Part shown: one piece after another, positions 18,880 to 30,811 of the stretch
How the letters are laid out: each line of letters opens with the position of its first letter
Numbering within the stretch: position 1 is the stretch's first letter
Source: Cystobasidiomycetes sp. EMM_F5
Lineage: Eukaryota
Assembly (NCBI GenBank): GCA_051047955.1
Contig: JBPGPT010000002.1
Span: 248,001 to 312,000, forward strand
Reading direction: 5' to 3'
DNA length: 64,000 nt
The notes under the pieces: generated by a model
What the model was told of the DNA's origin: nothing
Seen by the model: only the letters and a program-made list of their open reading frames with translations
Database searches by the model: none
Translations under genes and position numbers: made by a program

Positions 18880-20052
18880 TTATAGCTTCTCCTTAGGTAC
18901 TATGACAGGAACAGGATGAAACTCAGGCTTTGGCCTCGTATCAATCCGCAAAATACACAACATACCGTAGACATAGCCTGGTGCTTTCTTCAAGGCTCGC
19001 TGATATGCTGGGCGGGCTTGCGTGCGTTCCACATATTCCCGAATGCGAGGGGTCAGGAGGCTTGACTCCAGACGTCCGCCATAGATACCAGCTTCAAGCG
19101 GGAATTCCATCTGCGTCGACATATGTTCATTATAAGATTGCGCACAATCATCGAGTTGAGAAATATGCCATGACGCACCATAAAGTCTGCGCCCGTCGGT
19201 TCGTTACCTCCTGCAAGCCACTGCCTTCCTCCATCCCGCTCGAGATAGCCGTTAATCATGGCAAATATCCTCTTGAGATTTGGGTCGATGTAGCCAGAAA
19301 AGATGCCATTCTTGACGAGACCTACGATAGGACGGATGAAAAAAGGCGAAGAAGCTTCTGCTTTTGTCAAGACGAGCTTCATGACAAGCGGCGGCATTAG
19401 GGAGCCTGTATATTTGATGAATAAGATGGGTGATCAGCACAAGCGAGGATTGAAAAGTGGGATCAGTATAGTCAGCAGACGAGCGAGAGGTCAGAGCTCA
19501 CCCTCTGCAAAATGCTGGAAGAATGTATCATCGAGCTGTTTGTCTTCGTCGTCGTGAATGACGAAACGGCCCTTGCCGTACTTGGAGATCAGGTACTGAA
19601 CGATAGCTCCACTGCATGAACACAATGTCAGCCTGCTTCGGAGGAATGGATCATGCACTTCGCACGCACCTCTCGGCAATTGTGCGGGGTCCATCTGTGA
19701 TGACTGGACTCTTGCCAGTCTGTGCGGAACATAGCGTGGTGAGTCGTGTAACGTTCGGTATTTGACAAGAACAATTAATCATTCTTACCGGATGTATTGC
19801 TTTCAATTCAGCAGGGGCCAAGCCATTCTGATGCGATGTTAGCTGGATGGTTCGAACAGATCGCCATCGTTCGCCTCACAATTCGCGGATACTCCTTGAT
19901 ATCGTAGTCAATCTCGAGTTCCTCCAGCAACCATAGGATCCTCTGGGACCGAGACTGCTCGAGGTGCTGCGAGACGCGCGACAAGAATGTCAGAACGAAA
20001 CACTCAGTTCACATCAGTGTTAGCCTACGTGGAGCACAATCTTCTCAGTCAT
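18880..20052 (-). CDS. Glutathione S-transferase, GTT1-like
   Basis: HLEQSRSQRILWLLEEL, KSPVITD..ESGAIVQYL, FAEG|SLMPPLV, WLAGGNEPTGADFM, RPAYQRAL. Confidence 0.9.
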
Positions 20053-20451
20053 GTTTGCGGGTAGTCAATTGGACAACGAAGAGATGTGCTGCCCGGCTGT
20101 CCGCTTATTTGAGTATTGCTTGTCGGGCCGACATGGACACTCGCGACCAAAGTACGTTGCAAAGGGTGGCGATTCTCAAGCAAAGCGAGCTTAGCAGACG
20201 CGGTAATTCCATGATGCTCGGTACTAGGAATTGATTACAACTTCATTTCTAATGCCCGTACGCTGCTTTGTTTACTCGTTGTGGCTGGGGCAAAACCTCA
20301 CTCTTTGGATCCTTTGGATGGCTGTAAAACTGATGGCAGCCACTTTGGCTGAACTCCCATTGACCAAGTCTATCGAGCACCAGCAGAAGCACCACCAACA
20401 CCGAACGCACAGTAACAGCAGCGCACCCTCGGAGTAACCACACGCGCAGTC

Positions 20452-21558
20452 ATGCCAAAGGTGGGCATCGTCGTTGCATGCCCGAGGGATTCGCGCTGAA
20501 TTGAAGTCATTTGCAATCGACAGAACAAGGGTAAAGTGAGTGATGGACAGCCAGCCAAATGGATAGCACGGCGCACAGGCTGACGATAACCTTACTACAA
20601 TATCTTACTACTACTTACCTGCTCATCTGGCGTCGTCATCTCGCGTCCCTTTGCATCTGGCACCAATTTGTCAAATTGCTGGATGGCCAATAATTCGATG
20701 AATCATGCGATAATCTGTACAACGCACGGGCTGGACGGGCTGGACGTGCAAATATAACAGGGAGGAAAGAATCGCCGTAGAGGCAAGAACGAGAATGACG
20801 ATGAAAAGAGAGAATTGGTCTTCAAGGAGGACGGGCAAGGTGAGGCCGTTGGAAATGTGCAGCAATTTAGACGGGCCATAGCGCACAGTCTTACACCTGC
20901 ACAGAGGTTCCCGCATAAGAAGCCTGCATACTGATGACCTACCTACCGCACAGAATATGCTCAAGTCATCAAAATGCTCGGAAACGGAAGGTTGGAAGCA
21001 ATGTGCTTTGACGGCGAGAAGCGGCTAGCGCACATTCGCGGAAAGATGAGGAAGAAGGTAGCATGGCAGATCAGTTTCACATCATGTCCAACGCGCTAAA
21101 TCGCGCATACATAATTGCAGGTCTGGATCAACCAAGGTGACATTATTCTCCTCTCGCTCCGCGAATTCCAAGACGACAAGGCGGACGTCATTCAAAAGTA
21201 CACGGCAGACGAAGCGAGAAATCTCAAAGCCTACGGTGAATTGCCAGAGACGGCAAAGATCAATGAGACGGATACCTTTGGCCCTGGCGAAGACGACGAC
21301 AACATCGAGTTTGACGAAGAGGTGCGTCGATGACAGAATCTCAACGTGAAATTTTTGCTGACGGTTGATGTATGTATTCTGTGTATTGCAGGACATCGTA
21401 AGTTTGAGAATGCGGAATATGCCTAGTGCGTGTTGGAATGGGCTAATCGATGGCTTCCCATTGTCTCCTCTGACTTGCTGCCATTCAGGACGATATTGTA
21501 AGTCAACCTTTCACTCATTCTGTCGCACTTAATAGTTCTGACGCTCCAAATACAGTAA
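20452..21558 (+). CDS. TIF11: Translation initiation factor eIF1A
   Basis: [69 protein letters not shown]. Confidence 0.96.
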
Positions 21559-22103
21559 ATCTGTTTTCAGTGTATCGAGTCTTCCATACTCCTGTATTTT
21601 CCGAGTTTTCGATATGGCATGCATACTGGCCTATACTTGATCCGCATTGTCTTAGTCAGCGCCGTCTACAAAGCTTCACGTTTGCAGAGGGGATGTGAGT
21701 ACGCTCGTCCTGCAGCCACTGACTTATCCTCTCGACGTGTGTGCCTGTTCCCCATCGGTGGCACGCGCTCGATCCGGGTGACCAGGCTGCAATGGCTTAG
21801 CTGTAACAGTCACCTCTCTCCGAGTTCACGTATCGACTCCCACCACTATCGCAGCAACGCCCACATGAAAGTCCGAGTGCCCTGAGAGTGAACGATCATC
21901 CGGTAGCGTTCACGGCATTACTCCGAAAGTTGACACCCCTTAATGCCGCATATGGTCTGCTGATGTCTCTCGCTGCGGTGCAGACTCTTAAGCGAAAGTG
22001 ACGCTCACCTACACTCCGGCTTTGCTCTGCTTCTTACTCGACAGTCTTTACTCCTAATATCCAAGTCAATTAAACACACTAATTTCGTCTCTACTTCACC
22101 ACT

Positions 22104-23084
22104 ATGGTCCAATCTGCTTCCACACTCCGCTCATCTGCACCTGCCGGCAGGTCCCCCGCAGCTAAAGAGAGCCATCTACGTGATACAACTCAACCGTCTT
22201 CGATTTATAATGCAGGGAACGACGATGTCAACTACATCAATCGCTTCTGTATGCCATCTCTATCCATCAGTCCCTCTCTCCCGTCTACAGATTTGCGCTC
22301 TCCAGTTCTTGTAACCTTGTACCCATCAGGCGGTAATGCTGCAGCTGTGCTGTACGGCGGTGCTACCCAAGACTGCATCAAGGGCAAGCAACATGGAGAG
22401 AGACAGGCACGTACCACCAGCTCCACATCTCTGTCGACACCCGTGCTGTCCGTCTCGCGTTCCGTGGATGCAGCACTACCTGCCAAGTCTGGATTGGGCG
22501 CCAGTCTATCGACGTTCCGCATGCCTCTGTCCCCTGCTTCCCCTCTACCTCCATTATCGCCGCGGGGACTCAGACTGGCAGATGCCGAGCGTGTACACAA
22601 ACTCAAATGCATGAATCGTATAGTCGAGAAGCGTCGAAAAGCAAGCGACGGCATCAGAGACATCATCACGTACGAGTGAGTAGGCCGGTCCAATACCAAT
22701 AAGCAGAAGCTGACGGAACGGTCCTGCAGAGCAGCATCTGCACCGTCAAGCATGTTGCCCAACTCCTGGCAAGGATCACTAGCTGGCGGCGGACACGCAC
22801 GCCGTGTATCTTTTCAGACAAACGACAATGGCTCTTTGGACGCACCCCGCTTGCAGCACAGTCTCCCAACGTCGGTTCCTTCTTCAGTGTCGACAGACTC
22901 GCTTCCTGCGGCTAGAGCAATCCTGGCTGCAGTGGCATCGTCACCTTGTTCACCCGCCTTCATGTTTGGTAACAGCATGTCTACTTTCCCAAACTTGCGT
23001 ACTCCATTCGAGTTCACCTTTCGCCTGACTGACGTCCTTCCGATGCCAATGTCGCCGATTTCGCCGCTCGTGCTCGGACACTGA
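22104..23084 (+). CDS. Hypothetical Ser/Pro-rich protein (two exons, intron 22676-22729)
   Basis: Two long ORFs joined in frame by a canonical 54-nt intron (GTGAGT..GCTGAC..CAG); no family recognised. Confidence 0.65.
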
Positions 23085-23641
23085 CTAGCATCATCGGTGC
23101 CGCTGTCACGAGCGGCTAACGCTCAATTTCCAGCGACGCCTTGTGCACAGAACACGACCGCTGCTGCATCGGTGTTGCGGTACTCCCTTAATTGTCCCCT
23201 TAATTGGTCTTGCATCACTGTCTTTTCTGCTCAATCACTGTCATTACGGGCGCTCGAGTATACTATCTGTTGTACTCGTATTCAAAGCAAAGTCTAATCA
23301 TCGCATTATGCAATTTCTTTGCTTCGTGACACGTAACGTGACGACAGGGGTTCTTGCGTACAACAGGTATGCGGCGACTTCGACAGCGACTACAAGGAAA
23401 GGGGTATTCAAGTAGTTGAAAGGTATAGATGGTATATTATGCAGAAAGAAAGTATGACAAGCGATCGGAATTGGACACTGCCTGCGCGACAAGGATGCAG
23501 ATGAAAAGGAGTGCTCGTAGGCAGTGGAATCAAGAGAAAGGCTTCGAAGGATCGATCGAGGTGATATAGAGTAGAGTAGCGAGCTAGGGGCTATCGCTCC
23601 GGTTGCATACGCAGGTCTTGGCCTAACGGACTATGGCATCT

Positions 23642-24536
23642 TCAATTGGCCTTGCATACGCCATTGACGAGCGTGTAGCCTTGGTCGCACAGGCCAATGA
23701 CGCAAACGCCCTTGTTGCAGCCGACTGCTGCAACATTGGGCAGAGCCGTGCAGTCGATGCCCTCGCCAATGGATGCGCATCCACCGCAAGATTCCCTGAA
23801 ACAAGAAATGAGCACAAATACAAATACTAGCATTTGAGCAGGCTTACAGCGAGCTATCGGTGTTGATGCAATCCCAGCCGGAACCGTCTGTCAAAGGGCA
23901 AGCCGTGATCTCGCCTCCCGCAATCTGTGTGGTATGACAGACGTTGGCTGCTGCTTGTCCATGCAAGGCGTATTTGCCGGCAATATTCTGGGAGCCTGCA
24001 GGCACATGACCTGGTATGTACTTGTTTGAGGGTCTGTGGGATGGTTTATGAGACGGATTGTACTTGTGCGTTGTGGGCGTAATCACGGTGGCCGGATCAT
24101 CAGGAGTGGGCGAAAAGGGTGTAAACATAGAGTGCGAGGATGGTGTAAACATGGTAGGTGGGTTTGGCGTGAACATTGATGATTTGGATGGCGTGAACAT
24201 AGACGTCGTTGCTGGAATCGTAGGGGTAAAGGCGGTAGGAGGAAGAGGATAGGTCTTTGAGGGGGAGGCGCTTCCGTGATTGCGTCGTGCAGGGCTTTGA
24301 GCTTTCGGATCCCATTGCTTTAGAGCGCGGGCAACTTTCAAGTTTAATGCATACTACGGGTCAGCTTGGTCCGCTCGTTGCAATCATATGCAATGATCCT
24401 CACCAGTATCATGGTCATCGCGCTTGTGATCGCCTCCCCGAAGGGACAGATCGTGCAGTCCGTACGGTAACCGGAAAGCATTGACTGAATGTATGGCGAG
24501 GAGAGCGAGAGCGGTGCATTTCACTGTGGCGAGCAT
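23642..24536 (-). CDS. Secreted PriA/CPL1-like cysteine-rich protein
   Basis: Signal peptide MLATVKCTALALLAIHSVNA; C-terminal ACP..WDCINTDSSL|ESCGGC..GIDCTALPNV..VGC..GVC...C..GY matches the PriA/Cpl1 Cys pattern. Confidence 0.85.
24117..24203 (-). repeat. Four coding tandem repeats, 24-nt period (8 aa, xMFTPxxx)
   Basis: Met codons (CAT on + strand) at 24126, 24150, 24174, 24198; SMFTPSKS-SMFTPNPP-TMFTPSSH-SMFTPFSP. Confidence 0.85.
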
Positions 24537-25662
24537 ATTGAAGAGTTGCGTAGATTCGGTATTGCTACGATGGTGTCGTGAGGTTCTAGGGAATGCCGAA
24601 GGGCGGTAATTTGCTGGCTAGCTTGACTTGGTGCGTTGGGCTGTGTATTGCTGAAGAGCTGTGGATATGGTTTGGTAGTTGGTTTAAAATGAAAGTCTTG
24701 TAACGGGTGTCGTCGTTACGGCCGATGTGTACCAGAGGAGTCTGGTGCTGTGTGGTGGAGGGTGAGGGTAGTCGGGGTCGAAGTCGTTCTTGCAGGGATG
24801 GTAAGATGGCAAGGATGAGGCCAAATCATAGTCACAGCAGCGGATCGCCCCCATACCGAGGAGCGCGAGTATATTATGCCCCCATGCCGAGCCAAAGAGT
24901 TTTGAATTTGTTGCTGTCGGCGCCCGCGTCTGCTTTTTTAGTATTTTCATAACAAAAACACAACGTCACGAGATTCGAAAAGAAGGAATGTCCTCACAAC
25001 ACACAGCGCGCGTCATAACGGGAGGAATGTTACGCCAAAGTTGCATTCTTTTCGGCTCGGATTTATGATCGGTGACTGGAATGTGGCTTGGACTCAAACA
25101 AGCATGATGCTGAGCTTGCTTTGCTCGTTAAAGTTATTAAAGGTCAGCCGATCGGTAATGCTTCAACGTCATGTTGACATCTTCTGTAAACGAATCAACA
25201 CGATAAAACACAGCAAAGGAGACTTTTGATAGGTCGGAAAAAGAGCTCAATTTCTTTTGGTTGTTTGCAAAGTTGTTCTTGCACCATGATGAAGACAATC
25301 GCGCAGCATGGCTCCGTGGAAGGTGAACGACCGTTCAAATGCGTCATGACAGCTATGGGCGGCAGTTTCCAGCTAGCCGGACGCGTCTTTGCGCATCACG
25401 TGATCCGTCCAGTACGAGCTGCTCAGCCTGTCATGTAATTGTCTTCTGAAGCAGGAACGTATTGCATGAGTTGATCCTTCGCTGCTACACCTTGAGTCGG
25501 AACTATCGCAGATTTGGTAGAATGAGCCGACAATTCAACAGAGTCCAGTTGCGGTATCGTCTTACAGGTTAATATGTATGCTCGCCGTCGCAAATCGTTG
25601 CAATTGATGTGCACAGCACGTCCTACCAAAGTAGTCGCACCCGGGTTGCGGTGAAGTGGTTT

Positions 25663-26462
25663 TCAAGCTGCATAATGTGATCTTCAGTAGTGCACTTCGG
25701 GCGTCCGGCCGTCAGGTGACGCTTGCGTACCTTCAAGATAGTCAGCTGCAACCAACCTGTGTATTTGATATTCATATGGTTGAACGTGATGTATGTCAGC
25801 GATACAGCAATTCAGTACCGACGAAGTCCGCAAAGCTTACAATTTCAGACACTCCTCAATGGGTATTCGTGGCTATAAGCAGAGGATTAGCACAGCATGG
25901 TGAATGATACATCTGACTTACCTTGAACGAAGGTATAGATTCAGATGTAGTGGATCCTGTTGATGCGCTTATTGAGCTGTACTTGTCGTTATAAATCAGG
26001 TATTCCGCCTAGCAAGCAAAACGACGTCAGCTGCATCGCTTGAACAGCATCCTGCTTCCACACACGATGATCTCGAGAGTGCTCGTAGAGATGGTAGGTA
26101 GCTTGACCAGGCCAGACTTAGATTCCTCCCAGTCGGAATCGCCTATTCAACCACGACACTGGGGATCAGTCTGCGGACTACAGATCATCTTAGGCATGCT
26201 ACAGACTCAGTGTGGAACTGATGGTTTTTGAGCGTGTAGCAGCCGAGCGGGGCAGAATGACCTTGAAGCCTGAGATTGGCATGTCGCCGTTCGTCCATCC
26301 GGTGACGTTGTTGCAATGTACGCGTGGACAGCAGCAGTATGCAAAATGAATGCAAGAACATCAGGCTTGTGTAGCATTGAACACCGGCCTTACAAGCGTA
26401 CCCTCTGCAGACACCAGCGTGATCCACTTCGGACCTTGTTCTAACCCATTTGCTTCAGACAT
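25663..26462 (-). CDS. ELC1: Elongin C (SKP1/BTB family); about 7 short exons
   Basis: Spliced: MSEANGLEQGPKWITLVSAEG|FKVILPRSAATRSKTISSTLS|DSDWEESKSGLVKLPTISTSTLEII|AEYLIYNDKY..IPSFK|PRIPIEECLKL|LVAADYLE|A*; not in the ORF track. Confidence 0.9.
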
Positions 26463-26739
26463 GGCTTGCAGGTTGGCGCAGAATACGGCAGACCGCACGG
26501 CTTGCAACTAGGTGCAGTCTACCAAGCTTGTTTAGCACTTGCTGCGGGTCGGTGGTTATCGGACAAAACGCAAGCGAAACAAACCATGACATGAGTCCTG
26601 GATTTTGCAACGCGGTAACTAACGTTATAACAGTAGCGGCAGACATGAAGCAATATCAAGGATTTCCTGAAAGTCCAGAACCGTACTTTCAACGAAGATT
26701 TAACATCGCAGCATAATTCAGCAGAACCCTTCGCCTGCG

Positions 26740-28595
26740 TCAGCGCGGGACTTTCCCAAATCCAAGCTGAGATCCGCGAGGCATTTGTGCTTTCAGCCGT
26801 CCTGTGGGCAGCGATAATGGAAGTTCGTCATGGGCCTCATCGTCGTCGTCCATGGCTAAAGGCTTTTTCTTGGCTGGCGCCGTGCTGGCTAAGGACAATA
26901 AGGGTCGATTGCTCCCTGCGACCGTCGCTGGAGCAGCTTGTGAGTTTGGGATATTGCTGCTTCCCTTGCTGACTTGAACCCCGCCAGCCGATACAAATTG
27001 CATGCCTTTGGGTTGCCGATGAGTGTTGACAGTAGATGCATGTGTCGCAATTTCGAATGAACCTTTACTACTTGGTACAGCATCGCCCTCAAAGAAGTTG
27101 TTGCGGCTCTTGCGGACTTCCTCAGGCTTGCGTATAGTGATAGTGCTGGCACTGGGCATACCAGATAGTAAGGGATGCAATGTCTGAACGGGGCCCCACC
27201 TGCTCGCCCTGGCTGACTGCTCGGTACTCGTGGAGCGGCCATTTACAGCCTCTCCATGTGACGGCTTGAATGATGCAGCCAAAGAGGCGGACTGTGTAAA
27301 GCGTGGGGCTGCGGCTCGCGTTGATTCGCCTGAGGGTCCTGGAGGAGGCGGAGGCTGCGGCGCACTGGAAGGCGGTGGAGGAGGCATGGACGTTGCCGGA
27401 GTCGGTGGCACGGGCGCCGGCGGTCCACTCCGCGGGTCGCCGTGTTGCGCAACCGAAGCTGAAACGCTTGCCACCTTGAAGAAGCCGCCTCGCTTTTCCG
27501 CAGGTTTCGGAACCTGTGGTGCTTCTAGCGGCCCAGGCGTCGGCGTCGCTGCTATCTTGCCGATACTGCCTCCAGACGAAGTAAAGGCGCTGCTCTTTCC
27601 TCCAGCAGCCTTGAGCATCCGCTCCAGCTCCATTTGTTCTCGCCTCTTCTCCTTTTCTCTGCGCTTGTTGACCTCCTCGGCATTGTTCTTGGCGTCTTTG
27701 CTTTGCATTGCAACCTCACGTTTTCGCTTTGCATGATTGTGGCCATATGAAAGCAAGTGCTCTTCCCATTGCGCAACGTTTGTGTATCCTTTATTGCATA
27801 TATTGCAGTGAAACTTTGCGATCGTATCAGAGATCTCGGCAGCGACCTCAGCCTGCGATGCAGCTTTGGCCTTTGGGTGCCGTAAGGATAGCGTTAGTAT
27901 GGCAATGTCCGTCGGGCGTATGTGACGCAGTACAAACCTCTCGTAGAAGACGTTCCTGTTCCGTCTCTGTAGCTATCTTATGAGCCATGAGAACCTTTGT
28001 GCGCTTTGCTATTGCCTCATCCAGCATGCGTGTCTCAATGTTCGCTTTGCCAAGTCCGAGACCATCCATCTTCTCCGGCAAGGGAATAGGATCGGTGCGG
28101 CCTGTACATTGCAGTTGACCTTCAACACCTGTGCTTTTCAGACTTATGCGGGATTCCTCACCAGTTCCCTTTGCGCCCAAGCCGCCCCCAGACCAGCCCA
28201 TGAGCTTAAGCAGCTTCATCCCGACGTTGTTGTCATTGAGTGGTGTCTTGGAGGTGATCTTCTCCGGAGTGACTGCCCTCTCGCGCTGACCGCGGCTGAA
28301 CCTATCGAGTCTACCATCGTCGCGACGTTCCGGCTCGTTCAGCCAGTCATCGTCGTTGAGCTCGCTCCAAGCTGAGTCGGACCCAGAAGAGCTAGAAGCG
28401 GACTGCGAGCGTTCACGCTACAGGATTGCATGACAATGTATAGGATGTACGAAGAGGGAAACAAGAGAATACGACACCAGGCAGCCTTTGTTTCCTGGCA
28501 GTTCAGCGGTGTATGGTGTAGAATACCTTCGATGACCGGTCTGCAGTGCTCAGCGCAGACGCGCTCTGCCTCGGCTGCGCATTTTCCCATTCCAT
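26740..28595 (-). CDS. G-patch plus C2H2 zinc-finger protein (GPATCH8-like architecture)
   Basis: NNVGMKLLKLMGWSGGGLGAKGTG..GLGLG G-patch; FHCNICNKGY..WEEHLLSYGHNH zinc finger; start codon tentative. Confidence 0.85.
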
Positions 28596-28715
28596 GCTGC
28601 TGTCTGAATGCAGGTCCTTTCAGTCGGCTACAGCCCAACCCGAGTACAGTACCACTGCCATAAGGTCACAACAACGTATGCTCGTCTACTGCACTACTTG
28701 CGCATACACATGTCG

Positions 28716-30502
28716 TCAAGGCTCGCTCGCTAGTATTACACCCTTCTTTTGGTTTGTCCGCAACTGATAGTCTTCAGAATTGACGATATAGCGCACCCAA
28801 GGTAACGCCTGGTAACCGCTCTTTTCCTGAATCTTGAGGTAGCGTACTTGCACGCCGGAGACTGTGAAGTACGGAATCTCAAACGACACCGTTATGGGCG
28901 CCCGTTTCTCCACTTCCTCGCCCTTGACGGAAGGCAGGCCAAAATGCGCCCGCATCAGATATTCTCGGCCACCACCTAGTTGCTTGATTTTCCAGACAAA
29001 GGCAGACTTCTCCGGCACGTAATGGACAGTACCCACAGCGGCCTGTAGCAACAACCTTCAGCCTGTGAAACGCAATGAAGGGCGCAGGCGGCGTACCCTG
29101 AACTTCGGGGAATCTGCATCGTCTGGGACCGGCACGTAAATCTCGACATTGTTGGCAGTGGATCTCCGCTTGAATTGTGCTTTGACCTGTTGAGGAAATT
29201 GAGTCGTGTTGTCGAGATACTCAGTGGATTCAGAGCATACCTTCACGACATACTCTACTCGGCTGCCCGAATGCTGTTCTATACTCGCTTCTGCCCATAT
29301 CAGTGGCTTGACTTGTGTATTCAGGCGATAAGACATGAGTTCGAATTCGCCATCCGGAGGAATGAAGGATATCGTTCTGTCATTTTCGAACCGCGATAGC
29401 CGGACGCATTGGTGAAACTTGACATCCTCCATCTCAATTGCTTTGCCGCGCGATGCTGTCAAGCACGTGGGTCAGTGAATGTAATAGCTGCCTGAGGACG
29501 TACGTACTCCGCCCGGTAGACTCAAACATAACCTTGTCGTTCAGTCCCAATCGCAATTCCGGCATGCCACTCAAGTAGCACTTCATCTTTACAGCTCCCA
29601 AAATCTCGCTCCGCACCACGTTGCCATTGGAGTTGACCTGAACATGATCACATCAACCGCTGTGCAATATAATAATGGTATGGACTCACAAGTAGATTGA
29701 CACTCTCGACGACATCCAAGAATACTTCGTTTTTGCGATACCGTATGCCCTCTGACCGCCATGATACAGCATTCGTGACGGCCATAGGTGGCCGCACTTG
29801 AACTTCCAATTTATGCGACTCTTGCGTGATGTATTCCTGTAAGATCTTGCTTTCTGTTGTTTGCGGGAATCCAAAATCCATCATCTCGTCCAGTAGCTCG
29901 TACACAATGACAAAATTGTCGCGAATCGACTCTTCTTCCAGCTCCTTGAAGTACTCCATCAACACCTGGTGACGCTTAATTAGGCCAGGCTGCCTTGCTA
30001 TGTACACGGACAATCATGGATATTCACCTCGGCGAGCTTGTGCAGGAAGGACAGAATCTCGATAGCATTTGTATTCTTCTTCGACAGCGCCAGGACTGAG
30101 AGGGTTAGTTGTGCGTCAATTGGCATCTAAGGCATCGCGCTTGAGGCATTCGAGGTACGAACGGTAGAGGTTGTTGTAGCGAATATACATGTAGTTGATG
30201 CCAGCACTCGTGAAGCACGGCGTTATAGTCTGGCCTTCCTCTTCTTGCTCGAGCAGCAATGGCAGGAATCGCTCAGTCTGGATTGACGGGATATCATCGC
30301 GGTCTGGCCAATTTACGAAGCAGGAACACGGCTCAGCTCAAGGCAGAGCGAATGACATTTGGGCTTACAGCTTCTTTGTATCAAGCTCTGCGATGCGTGC
30401 GAGCGCCATGCTCAGCTCAGAATGCCCCAAGTCTGATAAACGCGACACGTCCTGACGGCCTACCTTGCCCTTAAGGTCCAAAATGGCTACCAGCGACGCC
30501 AT
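28716..30502 (-). CDS. APM1: AP-1 adaptor complex mu subunit
   Basis: MASLVAILDLKGK, EESIRDNFVIVYELLDEMMDFG, LSGMPELRLGLNDK, DVKFHQCVRL, SGYQALPWVRY. Confidence 0.96.
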
Positions 30503-30811
30503 GGCAGCGACCGGACTCGCCGTTGCCCGCTTATCTGACTGCGATTCTGCCCAGTCCGGACACCAATGTTGCGTCGACGGACACTAGGGGCTATTCAGAA
30601 TTGTTAGTCGCGCTTGGTTGCAAGGAAAGCAGGTGGCAATCATGCACGCATAACACGGCTTCAAGCAGATACAACGCGAACAGACAACGTGGCTAGGCGC
30701 TACGGCAAATAGAAGGCTTTCTTTCGAAATCATATACCGGGAGGATAGACCAAATGGACGACAGGGAGAAAATGTACACTCGCAAAGCCAAATTATGGGT
30801 AATCGTTAACG

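Noticed and set aside
20612..20700. U1 snRNA gene (TACTTACCTG..TTGCA..AATTTGT)
   Set aside because: Spacing is far too short and no stem-loop I (GATCA) motif is seen; kept only as an intronic motif
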